From NCBI GenBank assembly GCA_032249135.1, contig JAVVGL010000025.1, forward strand, positions 1 to 24,788: a stretch of 24,788 nt of DNA, read 5' to 3'. Source of the stretch: Candidatus Calescibacterium sp. Lineage in GTDB: Bacteria; Calescibacteriota; Calescibacteriia; Calescibacteriales; Calescibacteriaceae. Shown one piece after another: positions 7,246-15,893 of this stretch. Made by a program: the position numbers and the translations under genes. The stretch's first letter is position 1, and every line of letters starts with the position of its first letter. The notes under the pieces were generated by a model. It had not been told where the DNA came from. It worked only from the letters and a program-made list of their open reading frames with translations, and did not search any database.

Positions 7246-9762
7246 ATGTTTGACCAAATTATTGATGAAATAAATAGAGCCTCAATTCTAAGTTTAGACG
7301 ATGCATTTGAATTCAAATATTCTACTCAGGAGAAGCTCCTTGATCTTTGGTTGAATCATAAAATAGATACTCAAACCTTTCTTTATGATCTTACGAAAAT
7401 GTATGAGAAGATTTTAGATGAGTTGGTTGGATTGTATTTCCCAAAAGATCAAATTTGCGTTATGGCTTACGGCAAGTTCGGAGCAGAAGAGATAAATTTT
7501 TCATCTGATATAGACATAGCTTTTATTTTCAAGAGCGGAACAGATGAGGAAAAAATAATAAAGGCAGCAAGAAAGTTTATAAATGAAACCACAGAAAGAA
7601 AAGGGCAAAGGTTTTTGTGGAGAATAGATATTGAATTAAGACCAGGTGGTAGGACAAGTCCTGTTGCTGTGTCAGATAGTTTCTTTTTGTGGTATTATCT
7701 TAATCTTGGTCAAGTTGACGATAGATATGCTCTTTTGCGGGCTCGTCCTGTTGCTGGAAACATAAAAATAGGTCAAGACTTACTGAAAGAGCTTGAACCA
7801 TTCATTTTCAGAAAATATGTTGATTTCTCTGTAATTGAAAGACTAAAAGAGATAAAGTTAGCCATTTCAAGACACATAAAAAGAGATGATAAAGTTTTTG
7901 ATGTTAAATTCTCAGAAGGGGGAATTAGAGAAATAGAATTTGTTGTTTTTGTGAATCAGCTGATATTCGGTGGAAAAGATGAGAGGTTAAGACAAAAAAG
8001 AACTTCTTTGCTTTTAGATATAATCCAAGATTATCTTCCGGAGGAGAAGAACAAAACTCCGTCTTTGAAAGAATGCTATTTATTTTTGCGTGAGATTGAA
8101 TCTCTTATTCAAGTTAACGAAGAACAAAGATTTACTCTTGAGGAAAAAGATATGGAAAGAATTCTTAGTTTTTATGGAATTTCACGGGAAGAATTTTCTG
8201 AAAGATTAAAAATTGTGAGAGATAGAGTTTCGGAAATCTTCAAGCAGACATTTGAGATAGAATTGCCAGATTACAAAATAATAACCGAAAATGTCTCAGA
8301 TTACGAACTTGAAAAATATCTCTCTGAGTTAGGATATCATGATTTGTCTTCCGCAAAAGAAATCGTAAGAAACCTTTTGAGTAAAACTCTTTTTTTAAAA
8401 GAAAAGAAAAGAAAAGGAATTTTGGAATTTGAGATAAAGACAGAGGGAGTTTTGGTGTCTGAAAAGCTTGTTTCAGCTATTGTATGGTACTGCTCTCGCG
8501 CTCACGACAAAAACTTAGCTCTATCTTACTTTTCTTCTTTTATTAATGCAGTTGGTAGAAGAAAAGGAATATATTACATGCTTTCAAAAAATGAAAGGTT
8601 AGTTGAAATTCTCGCAAAGCTTTTCGGTGTTTCAAGATTGGCTGCAAATTACCTTATAAATCACCCAGAAAGCATTGATACTATTTTTTTAGCTTCTCAA
8701 ATTTCTCCTGATTTGCCAGATGAAGTTGAATTTTGGGAAAGTATAAAATCGGGAGATGTTGATTCCATTCTTGATGAATTGAGAAAAATGAAGAAAGAAA
8801 AAATACTTCTGCTTTTGCTCGATGATGTTTCAAAGTCTTTGTCTCATGATGAAATTTCTGAAAGAATATGCAGCATTTATGACTTTTTTTTGCGTCAAAC
8901 TTTATCTTTGACCACTCGTGAAAAGCTTAAAATAAATCTTCCTCCTCCTCATCTTAATTTACCGTTTTACATTATAGCTCTCGGGAAATATGGATCAAAG
9001 GAAGCTATATACGGTTCTGATGTTGACCTCGTTTTTGTTTTTTCTGAACCTGACCCTGAAAAATGGATAAGATTTTCTCAAAAATTCATCGTTTTTCTTA
9101 CAGCATCTACAAAAGAGGGCTATGGATTACAAGTTGATATGAGGTTGAGACCTTCGGGGCATGCTGGTCCTCTCGCTTTATCTTTTGATGCTTTCTGGGA
9201 ATTTTACTTGAACAAAGCTGATATATGGCAGAGACTTTCCTTGCTCAAATCTCGCGTTGTTTTTGGAGGAGATAAGAAGCATGAATTTGGTTATTTGCTC
9301 AACGAAATAAAAAAATTGGCTTTTGAAAATATTGATTTGGAGTCTATTATTTCTGCGATGAGAAATTTGAGAAGGAAGTCTTTGGAAAAACTTTCTTTAA
9401 AATTTGAGAATGGGAAAAAACTCATAAATTTGAAGTACTGTCTTGGTGGAATGCAAGATGTGGAGTTCATAACATTTTTCGTCTTGCTTAAAGAAAGAAA
9501 ATTTGAACTTGATTTCAAGCAAGGAGTAATTTTTGCTTCTTACTTTTTCCCAAAAATAAAATCAGCATACGATGTTTTGAGAAAAATTGAAAAATATCTA
9601 AAAATCAGAAGTGATATACCTCTTGAAGATATATGGATTCAAGAAGATGATGGAGTATTTTGGGACGAGTTAAAAGATTTTTCTGGTGTTTCATACAAAG
9701 ACTTCCTTGAAGCCAAAAAAGCAATAGCATCTGCTTTCAAAGAAATTTTCGGAGAAGTGTGA
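7246..9762 (+). CDS. glnE: Bifunctional glutamine synthetase adenylyltransferase/adenylyl-removing enzyme
   Basis: Two tandem nucleotidyltransferase domains: AYGKFGAEEINFSSDIDIAF...ELRPGG...FRKYVDF...KFSEGGIREIEF and ALGKYGSKEAIYGSDVDLVF...DMRLRPSG...GGMQDVEF. Confidence 0.92.
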   Translation: MFDQIIDEINRASILSLDDAFEFKYSTQEKLLDLWLNHKIDTQTFLYDLTKMYEKILDELVGLYFPKDQICVMAYGKFGAEEINFSSDIDIAFIFKSGTDEEKIIKAARKFINETTERKGQRFLWRIDIELRPGGRTSPVAVSDSFFLWYYLNLGQVDDRYALLRARPVAGNIKIGQDLLKELEPFIFRKYVDFSVIERLKEIKLAISRHIKRDDKVFDVKFSEGGIREIEFVVFVNQLIFGGKDERLRQKRTSLLLDIIQDYLPEEKNKTPSLKECYLFLREIESLIQVNEEQRFTLEEKDMERILSFYGISREEFSERLKIVRDRVSEIFKQTFEIELPDYKIITENVSDYELEKYLSELGYHDLSSAKEIVRNLLSKTLFLKEKKRKGILEFEIKTEGVLVSEKLVSAIVWYCSRAHDKNLALSYFSSFINAVGRRKGIYYMLSKNERLVEILAKLFGVSRLAANYLINHPESIDTIFLASQISPDLPDEVEFWESIKSGDVDSILDELRKMKKEKILLLLLDDVSKSLSHDEISERICSIYDFFLRQTLSLTTREKLKINLPPPHLNLPFYIIALGKYGSKEAIYGSDVDLVFVFSEPDPEKWIRFSQKFIVFLTASTKEGYGLQVDMRLRPSGHAGPLALSFDAFWEFYLNKADIWQRLSLLKSRVVFGGDKKHEFGYLLNEIKKLAFENIDLESIISAMRNLRRKSLEKLSLKFENGKKLINLKYCLGGMQDVEFITFFVLLKERKFELDFKQGVIFASYFFPKIKSAYDVLRKIEKYLKIRSDIPLEDIWIQEDDGVFWDELKDFSGVSYKDFLEAKKAIASAFKEIFGEV

Positions 9763-9819
9763 TTTTGTTAATCCACTTATATCATTTTTTTATTTTGTTT
9801 TCGTGTATCTATCAATTTC

Positions 9820-9870
9820 TTGACTTTTTCGGTAAAATGATTATATTGTATAAAAACAAAAAGGAGGTGA
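9820..9870 (+). promoter_or_regulatory. Candidate sigma70 promoter plus perfect Shine-Dalgarno
   Basis: TTGACT (9820-9825)-N16-TATATT (9842-9847), then AAGGAGGTGA (9861-9870). Confidence 0.5.
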
Positions 9871-9875
9871 TTTTT

Positions 9876-10044
9876 ATAATAAAGAATAAAGTAAGGGGGA
9901 CGGAAAATAATAATATTGTTTTTAGGCTTCTGTCTTCTTCTTATTGCGCCAGAAATTCTTTTAGGTAAACAAAAACCAAAGATTATGCTCATTTTATTGA
10001 TAGTTCTGAAAAGAACAATTTTCAGAAGGGGGAAAAATCTATGA
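9876..10044 (+). pseudogene. Remnant of a small secreted/membrane protein gene
   Basis: ATA at the expected start position 5 nt after the SD. A +1 shift at G5 (9895-9899) gives (M)IKNKVRGRKIIILFLGFCLLLIAPEILLGKQKPKIMLILLIVLKRTIFRRGKNL, whose TGA overlaps ATG 10041. Confidence 0.4.
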
Positions 10045-10852
10045 AGATTTATCATTTTACACCGTTATTTGTTTTTTTATTGTTATTATTATCTGGGAGT
10101 TGTTCTGGGAGATCAGATAATAAAAATTGCGATTCAGGGGAGTCTATCTTTGTACTGGTATTCAGTATCAGATGAGAAAGGAACTCCTGTTCGACCTGAT
10201 CATGTTTATGAGGTATTAGAAATAGAGGGGAAAGTAATTTCTAAAAATGATGAGTTTGTGGAAATAGAGGGGAAAATAATTTCTCAACATGAATTCTTTG
10301 AGTACCCTATTTCACGAGAAGGAATATTCAGAATCTATGTATATGATTATTATCCCGGCGATAAAAGAACGGGGATACTTCCTGTAAAGGCTGGACAAAC
10401 TTATAGATTTGCTTTTCTTAACATACCAGGGTGGACATGGACATCTTTTTTGAAGATCTCTGATGACATCGGGTTAGTTTTTTGGGGAGAAACTACTGCT
10501 TTTTCTTTTGTTGAGCGCAGCTATATAGAGAAAGTAGCAAAAATGAGAAAGAGATTTTGAAATAAAAAAAGGAGAGGAATTTTGTATATCTAAATTTGCT
10601 TCTTCTGTTATCCCATCATGTTCGGTTGTACAAAAATTATTCTCTGTAAATTTAAGGTGTGGAGAAAACGAGATAAACTTGCGCCCTGGGGAAGAAAAAC
10701 AGATAGTTTGTTTTGGAACAAAGTATCTTGTTCATCTTTTGGTGTCCGAAGAGTCAGGTTTGGTACCTGAGGAAGAAAATAAGGAAAACCGTTGTATTAT
10801 TGTTGATGGTGTCCGTCCTAATTTTTCTTTTTATATGAAAAGATCAGATTAA
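10041..10852 (+). pseudogene. Frameshifted Cys-rich lipoprotein gene (three frames, ~269 aa if repaired)
   Basis: ATG 10041 gives MKIYHFTPLFVFLLLLLSGSC (signal peptide and lipobox), stop 10173-10175. The body continues in the +1 frame (the 10069-10560 ORF), then in the next frame, stop-free over 10547-10852 (DFEIKKGEEFCISK...FYMKRSD). Confidence 0.7.
10219..10284 (+). repeat. Two-copy 24-nt direct repeat, 42-nt period
   Basis: GAAATAGAGGGGAAAGTAATTTCT (10219) and GAAATAGAGGGGAAAATAATTTCT (10261), one mismatch; encode EIEGKVIS and EIEGKIIS. Confidence 0.8.
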
Positions 10853-10884
10853 TTTAGTTTTTTAAAATTTTAATTGATTGTTTT

Positions 10885-11733
10885 ATGCTATATGAGGATT
10901 TGATTGAGTCTTTTATTTCCTTTTTATCTTCAAGGAATTTTTCTCAGAACACTTTGAAGTCTTATAGGGAAGACCTTTTACAATTTTTCTCATTCGCAAA
11001 AAAAGAACCTTATGAAATTGATGTTCAGGATATTGAAAGCTTTATAAAGTATCTTGTGAAAGAGAAAAAGGCGGAAGATTCAACTTGTGAAAGAAAGTTA
11101 GCATCTTTGAAATCGTTTTTTAGATTTCTTGAAATTAAGGGAATTATAAATAAAAATCCGGCGGATCTTGTGCCTTTCAGGAAAAGAAAGAAAAAGATTC
11201 CTGATTTTTTGAGCGAAGATGAAGCCTTATCTCTTTTAGATGTTGAGAAAAAAAGAGATCTTGCTTTAATTTCTACACTTTATGGCTGCGGTTTGAGAAT
11301 TTCAGAGCTTGCGAACCTCAAAATTTCTGACATACAAGGAAATTTTATAAGAGTGAAAGGTAAGGGAAATAAGTGGAGGATTGTTCCAATTCCTGAATTT
11401 ACGCTTTCTGTTCTGAAAGATTACATTTTGGAGAGAAATAAAGTTGCAAAAACAGATTTTCTGTTTATAAATAAATTTGGCTCCCGTCTTTCTGAAAGAT
11501 ATATAAGGAAAATAGTGCGGCGTGTTGGTATTTTGAAATTAGGGAAAAAAGTCTGGCCCCATCTTCTCAGACACTCATATGCTTCTCATCTCCTCAAAAA
11601 CGGAGCAGATATAAGAATAATTCAGGAACTTTTAGGACATTCTTCTATAAACACTACTCAAAAATATTTACATCTTGATTTAGATAGCATACTTTTTGTC
11701 TATAAAAAGTCGCACCCAAGGGAGAAAGATTAA
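10885..11733 (+). CDS. xerC: Tyrosine recombinase, XerC/XerD family (XerC-like)
   Basis: N-terminal SQNTLKSYREDL domain; catalytic GLRISE, KGKGNK, HLLRH, LLGH, TTQKY; C-terminal VYKKSHPR is XerC-like. XerC versus XerD is not certain. Confidence 0.85.
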   Translation: MLYEDLIESFISFLSSRNFSQNTLKSYREDLLQFFSFAKKEPYEIDVQDIESFIKYLVKEKKAEDSTCERKLASLKSFFRFLEIKGIINKNPADLVPFRKRKKKIPDFLSEDEALSLLDVEKKRDLALISTLYGCGLRISELANLKISDIQGNFIRVKGKGNKWRIVPIPEFTLSVLKDYILERNKVAKTDFLFINKFGSRLSERYIRKIVRRVGILKLGKKVWPHLLRHSYASHLLKNGADIRIIQELLGHSSINTTQKYLHLDLDSILFVYKKSHPREKD

Positions 11734-11765
11734 TCAACACCAGACTTTTTATTTATTCTTCTTAT

Positions 11766-12416
11766 TTATTCTTCTTGAATTATTTGTTCTACCCAGTTTT
11801 TTATTGTCTCATATTTTTGAGCTCCAACCATCAAATACTTGCTATTTGCTACGAGTGTTGGTACTGCTTGGATACCATATCGGTAAGCTCTTTCAAGGTC
11901 GGAAATTATTAAGTCAAAGGTTTTTCCGTCTATAAAGGCTTTATACCACAGATCTATATTTATTCCGATATCTTTTGCGCATTCTAAAAGAACATCAAAC
12001 TCTACGATATTCTTACATTCTGTAAGGTGTGCTTTTTGAATTCTGTCAAACATATCCCAATGGGCATCTTGCCCCCCGACGATTTCTGCCGCTTTGCAAG
12101 CGAGAAGTCCGGGCAAAGAATATGGATAATCAAAATCTCTTTTTTCCATAAGATCCGCATTTATTCTGTGTTCGTCGTCATGTAAGTTTGCGGCTCTCCA
12201 ATGGTTTAAGATTTCTTTTTTTCCTTTTTCTTTTGAGCCGAAGATTTCAATTATTGATTCGGGTGTTGGAGCAAGGGCGAAACACCTGTGGATTACTTCA
12301 ACTGGATATTCTTTTGCAATTTTTCTTACCCTTGGAGATATAACATAGCACCAAGCGCAGAGAACATCATGGAAGAACTCTACTTTTATCTTACCTTCTT
12401 GCTCTTTGATTTCCAC
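11766..12416 (-). CDS. DsbA/FrnE-family dithiol oxidoreductase
   Basis: VEFFHDVLCAWCY (CxxC) and GIQAVPT cis-Pro motif; no signal peptide. Confidence 0.9.
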   Translation of the reverse strand: MEIKEQEGKIKVEFFHDVLCAWCYVISPRVRKIAKEYPVEVIHRCFALAPTPESIIEIFGSKEKGKKEILNHWRAANLHDDEHRINADLMEKRDFDYPYSLPGLLACKAAEIVGGQDAHWDMFDRIQKAHLTECKNIVEFDVLLECAKDIGINIDLWYKAFIDGKTFDLIISDLERAYRYGIQAVPTLVANSKYLMVGAQKYETIKNWVEQIIQEE

Positions 12417-12442
12417 AATTTATATTTTAAATTTCTTTTTTT

Positions 12443-14314
12443 TTATTTTTGAGTTTTTTGCCTGATTTTTTTCTTTTTTCTTGAATCGTAATTGAAATTT
12501 TGGTTGATTTGATTTTTGGTCAAATTCAATGATTGAATGTGTTCCTTTACTTTTTCCTTGAACTTCTCAAATTCTTCAAGATATTTTTTTGTCATTTCTG
12601 CAAGTGATTGCTTCCAGAATTTTTCACCTCGTGATATTATATCAAGTTCCTCCTCCATTTTTGCTGTAAATTCGGGGGAGCATATTTTTGGGAAATATTT
12701 TTCTAATATTTCATCTTGAAATAGTCCATCTTCTGTTGGGATTAGTTTCCCATTTTGCTCAAATATATAACCTCTTAATTTTAATGTTTTTATTATTGTT
12801 GAGTATGTTGAAGGTCTTCCTATTCCTAATCTTTCAAGCTCTTTTATGAGTGAAGCTTCTGTGTAAAGCGGAGGAGGATTTGTGAATTCTTTTCTATAAG
12901 ATATTTTTGGGTATTTTCTTTCTGGTGAAACTAAAATTTTGTTTTTAAATTCAAAAGAAAGTAAAAATGAGAAAGCATCTTCTCCTTCATATTCCTCTTC
13001 TTTTTCTTCTTTTATCTCATAGTTCCATAATTTAAGAAAACCTTCTTCTTTTAGTTTTTTTGCCTTTACTTTGAAGAAAAATTTATCAGGTAGTTGCGGA
13101 GATTTCAGTATAACCTCTATCGTATCAAATATTGCGTTTTTTGATTGAGAAGCTAAAAATCTAAAAGAGATTAACATTAGAAGCTTGTCGTAAGGGGATA
13201 GATTAGATTGCCTAATTTGTTTCAGTGATTTTATGTTATAAAAAAGTCTTTCAAATATTTTGATTCCTTCTTCCGTTGGTCTTATAGCCTCATGTGCTTC
13301 TTGGGCATTGGCTACCTTTGTCTTCCACTTTCTTCCTGCATTCTCTATATCTTGAAAGTATTTTGAGAGGAATTCTTTTGCTATATTTTCTCCCTCTTCT
13401 GACAAAGATACAGAGTCTGTTCTATGGTATGTTATCAATCCTCTTTCAAAAAGTTCTTGGGCTAACCTCATCGTAAAATCAGAAGAAAAACCGAGGATAT
13501 TTTTTGAATCTTGAAGTAAAGATGAGGTTGTATAGGGAGGAAAAGGATATTTTACATCTTTTCCTCTTCTGAATGATGAAACTATCAGTTCATTTACTTT
13601 TTCACATATCTCCTTTGCTTCTTGTTCCGAAAGAAAGTGTTTTACTCTTGCTCTATTAATTCCATTTTCTTCATATTTTTCATATAAAAGCGCATTTACT
13701 TTACCAAAATCTGCAAAAACAATAAAGTAGGGCTTTCTTACAAAATCTTTAACCTCTTTCCATCTTTTGGCTATAAGATGTAGCGCAGCCGACTGAACTC
13801 GCCCTGCGGACGAATTTTTTCTTATAGAAAAAAATACAGGAGACAGAGTATATCCTACGATTCTATCTATTAACCTTCTTGTTATTTGAGCTGACACAAG
13901 ATTCATATCTATTTTTCTTGGGGAGCTCAGAGCGGAGAGAACTGCTTTTTTTGTTATCTCGTGAAATACAACTCTTTTTACATCTTTTAAACCCAAAACT
14001 GATGCCACATGCCACGCTATCGCTTCTCCTTCTCTATCTGGATCTGTTGCTATTATAACTTCGCTTGAATTTTTAACTTCCTTTTTTAACAAATTTACAA
14101 CTTTCTGTTTGATTATTTCCCAAGTTATTTTTACTTCGCCTGAGATTATGTCGTTGAGAGAAAATCCCATATGTTTTTCAGGCAAATCTCTTATATGTCC
14201 AAATGTAGCAAGAACTTTGTAATCTTTCCCCAATATTGAAGATATTTTTTTACTCTTTGTCGGCGATTCAACTATTAATACCTTTTTCCCGTTATTTGAT
14301 GACAGATTCTTCAT
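12443..14314 (-). CDS. topA: Type IA DNA topoisomerase I without C-terminal zinc ribbons
   Basis: LIVESPTK, GHIRDLP, ATDPDREGEAIAWH, SAGRVQS, LITYHRTDS (catalytic Tyr), AQEAHEAIRPT, GIGRPSTY. Start ATG 14314 or TTG 14320. Confidence 0.95.
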   Translation of the reverse strand: MKNLSSNNGKKVLIVESPTKSKKISSILGKDYKVLATFGHIRDLPEKHMGFSLNDIISGEVKITWEIIKQKVVNLLKKEVKNSSEVIIATDPDREGEAIAWHVASVLGLKDVKRVVFHEITKKAVLSALSSPRKIDMNLVSAQITRRLIDRIVGYTLSPVFFSIRKNSSAGRVQSAALHLIAKRWKEVKDFVRKPYFIVFADFGKVNALLYEKYEENGINRARVKHFLSEQEAKEICEKVNELIVSSFRRGKDVKYPFPPYTTSSLLQDSKNILGFSSDFTMRLAQELFERGLITYHRTDSVSLSEEGENIAKEFLSKYFQDIENAGRKWKTKVANAQEAHEAIRPTEEGIKIFERLFYNIKSLKQIRQSNLSPYDKLLMLISFRFLASQSKNAIFDTIEVILKSPQLPDKFFFKVKAKKLKEEGFLKLWNYEIKEEKEEEYEGEDAFSFLLSFEFKNKILVSPERKYPKISYRKEFTNPPPLYTEASLIKELERLGIGRPSTYSTIIKTLKLRGYIFEQNGKLIPTEDGLFQDEILEKYFPKICSPEFTAKMEEELDIISRGEKFWKQSLAEMTKKYLEEFEKFKEKVKEHIQSLNLTKNQINQNFNYDSRKKKKIRQKTQK

Positions 14315-14440
14315 ATGCAAAACTTAACTTGCTCTTACCCATTCTTAATTTTTGATTAATTTTTGTTCCTTATTTCCCATTTACCTTTTATTTTGATAAT
14401 TTTAGCAATTTAAGGATTTTTTCTTGTGTTTTCCTCTATC

Positions 14441-14518
14441 TTATAAAGTATATTTTGCAATTGCTTTTTGTGTTTCAACAATAATAGTTACTGTTGCTAC
14501 AATCCATTCAATTTCCAT
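14441..14518 (-). CDS. Candidate 25-aa small protein or gene remnant
   Basis: GGAGGT SD (14526-14531, minus strand) 7 nt before ATG; MEIEWIVATVTIIVETQKAIAKYTL. Confidence 0.4.
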   Translation of the reverse strand: MEIEWIVATVTIIVETQKAIAKYTL

Positions 14519-14612
14519 CTCTCTTACCTCCATTCCGATTTTATTAAATAATTCTCTTATTAAAAATTTATGTATTCCTTCACAAAAAAGTAGATTGACT
14601 ATTTTTATATTT

Positions 14613-15893
14613 ATGCCAACAGTTACAGGTACAAATGACATTTTCGGAGATGTGGCAGAGAAATTTAGATTTTTAGAAAGTTTTGCAAGTAAGTATTTTA
14701 AAAGGTTTGGTTTTGAGGAACTGAGAACACCTATAATTGAATACTCTTGGGTTTTCAAGAAAACTCTTGGTGACTCTTCTGATATTGTTATGCATCAGAT
14801 GTATTCTTTTGAAGATAAAGATGGAAAGGAAATTGTTCTGCGACCTGAGGGAACTGCTGCTGCTGTCAGGTTTTTTATTGAAAAACTTTGTCATACTAAC
14901 CCTCGAGCAAAAATCTTTTACATTGGACCTATGTTTAGAAGAGAGAGACCCCAAAAAGGAAGATATAGGCAGTTTCATCAAATAGGTTGCGAGATGTTTG
15001 GTTTTGACTCTCCTGAGAGTGATGCATACCTTATCTTTCTTTTGAGTGAGTTTTTATCAAATATTGAAATTAAACATAAAATTGAGGTAAATTCAGTTGG
15101 TTGCAATTTATGTCGTCCAAATTATTCCTCTGCTTTGAGAGAGTTTTTTGAGGGGAAAATTCTATGTGAAGATTGTCAAAAAAGAAGGGAAAGAAATCCG
15201 CTGCGAATCCTTGATTGCAAAAAAGATGTAGAGGTTGTCAAAGACGCTCCAAGTATTTTATATTTCCTTTGTCAAAAATGTAAAACTCACTTTGATTCTG
15301 TGATAAATAATTTGGAAAAGTTCGGAGTTGAATTTGAAGTTAATCCAAAGATAGTAAGAGGACTTGATTACTATACGGGAACAGTTTTTGAAGTTTTTTC
15401 TGAAAAGACATCTTTAGCGATAGCTGCTGGAGGGAGGTACGATTTACTCGTTGAGTTTATGGGAGGACCTAAAACTCCTGCTTTGGGCTTTGCGATAGGA
15501 GTGGAAAGAGTAGTGGAAGTGTTAAATTTTCAACCAGATAAAAAGCGCTTAGGCTTATTTATTTGTTATACTTCTGAGGGAAAGGAAAAAGCTTTTGATT
15601 TTTTCACAAAAGTTGTGAGATCTACAAAAATCTTGAGATCTTTTTCTTTTTCAGGGGAAGAAATAATAAAAGAATTAGGAGATGATGATCTCAAATATCA
15701 CATAGCAAATAGGTTTGACATAAGTGTTGAAACGTCAAAAAGTTTGAAATCTCAGATAAGATATGCAGATTCTCAAAATTTCAGGTTCGTAGCTATAATT
15801 GGAAAAAATGAAATTGAGAAGGGCACAATTACTTTTCGCGACCTTCAGAACTCTCAGCAGTTTGAGATGAAAGAAGATGAACTGCTTTTTTGA
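14613..15893 (+). CDS. hisS: Histidine--tRNA ligase
   Basis: LRPEGTA, GPMFRRERPQKGRYRQFHQIG, VRGLDYYTG, GGRYD, GFAIGVER. Recognisable HisRS sequence begins at ATG 14613 (MPTVTGTND). Confidence 0.97.
   Translation: MPTVTGTNDIFGDVAEKFRFLESFASKYFKRFGFEELRTPIIEYSWVFKKTLGDSSDIVMHQMYSFEDKDGKEIVLRPEGTAAAVRFFIEKLCHTNPRAKIFYIGPMFRRERPQKGRYRQFHQIGCEMFGFDSPESDAYLIFLLSEFLSNIEIKHKIEVNSVGCNLCRPNYSSALREFFEGKILCEDCQKRRERNPLRILDCKKDVEVVKDAPSILYFLCQKCKTHFDSVINNLEKFGVEFEVNPKIVRGLDYYTGTVFEVFSEKTSLAIAAGGRYDLLVEFMGGPKTPALGFAIGVERVVEVLNFQPDKKRLGLFICYTSEGKEKAFDFFTKVVRSTKILRSFSFSGEEIIKELGDDDLKYHIANRFDISVETSKSLKSQIRYADSQNFRFVAIIGKNEIEKGTITFRDLQNSQQFEMKEDELLF

Noticed and set aside
9759..10055. ORFs 9759-9968 (+) and 9777-10055 (-)
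   Set aside because: Low-complexity AT-rich translations overlapping promoter and SD elements, with no motifs.
10219..10284. CRISPR-like repeat
   Set aside because: Two copies only, an 18-nt spacer, in-frame coding, and no cas genes.
10069..10560. Stand-alone 163-aa hypothetical gene starting at TTG 10069
   Set aside because: Its N-terminus is the off-frame reading of the signal peptide from ATG 10041; it is better explained as the middle of a frameshifted gene.
9763..11733. Integrative element or invertible switch driven by the recombinase
   Set aside because: No att direct repeats, flanking inverted repeats, tRNA target or mobile genes found by eye; the enzyme looks like chromosomal XerC.
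14424..14612. 63-aa N-terminal extension of HisRS in the ORF track
   Set aside because: HisRS similarity starts at ATG 14613; the extension has no SD and is antisense to a better-supported small ORF.
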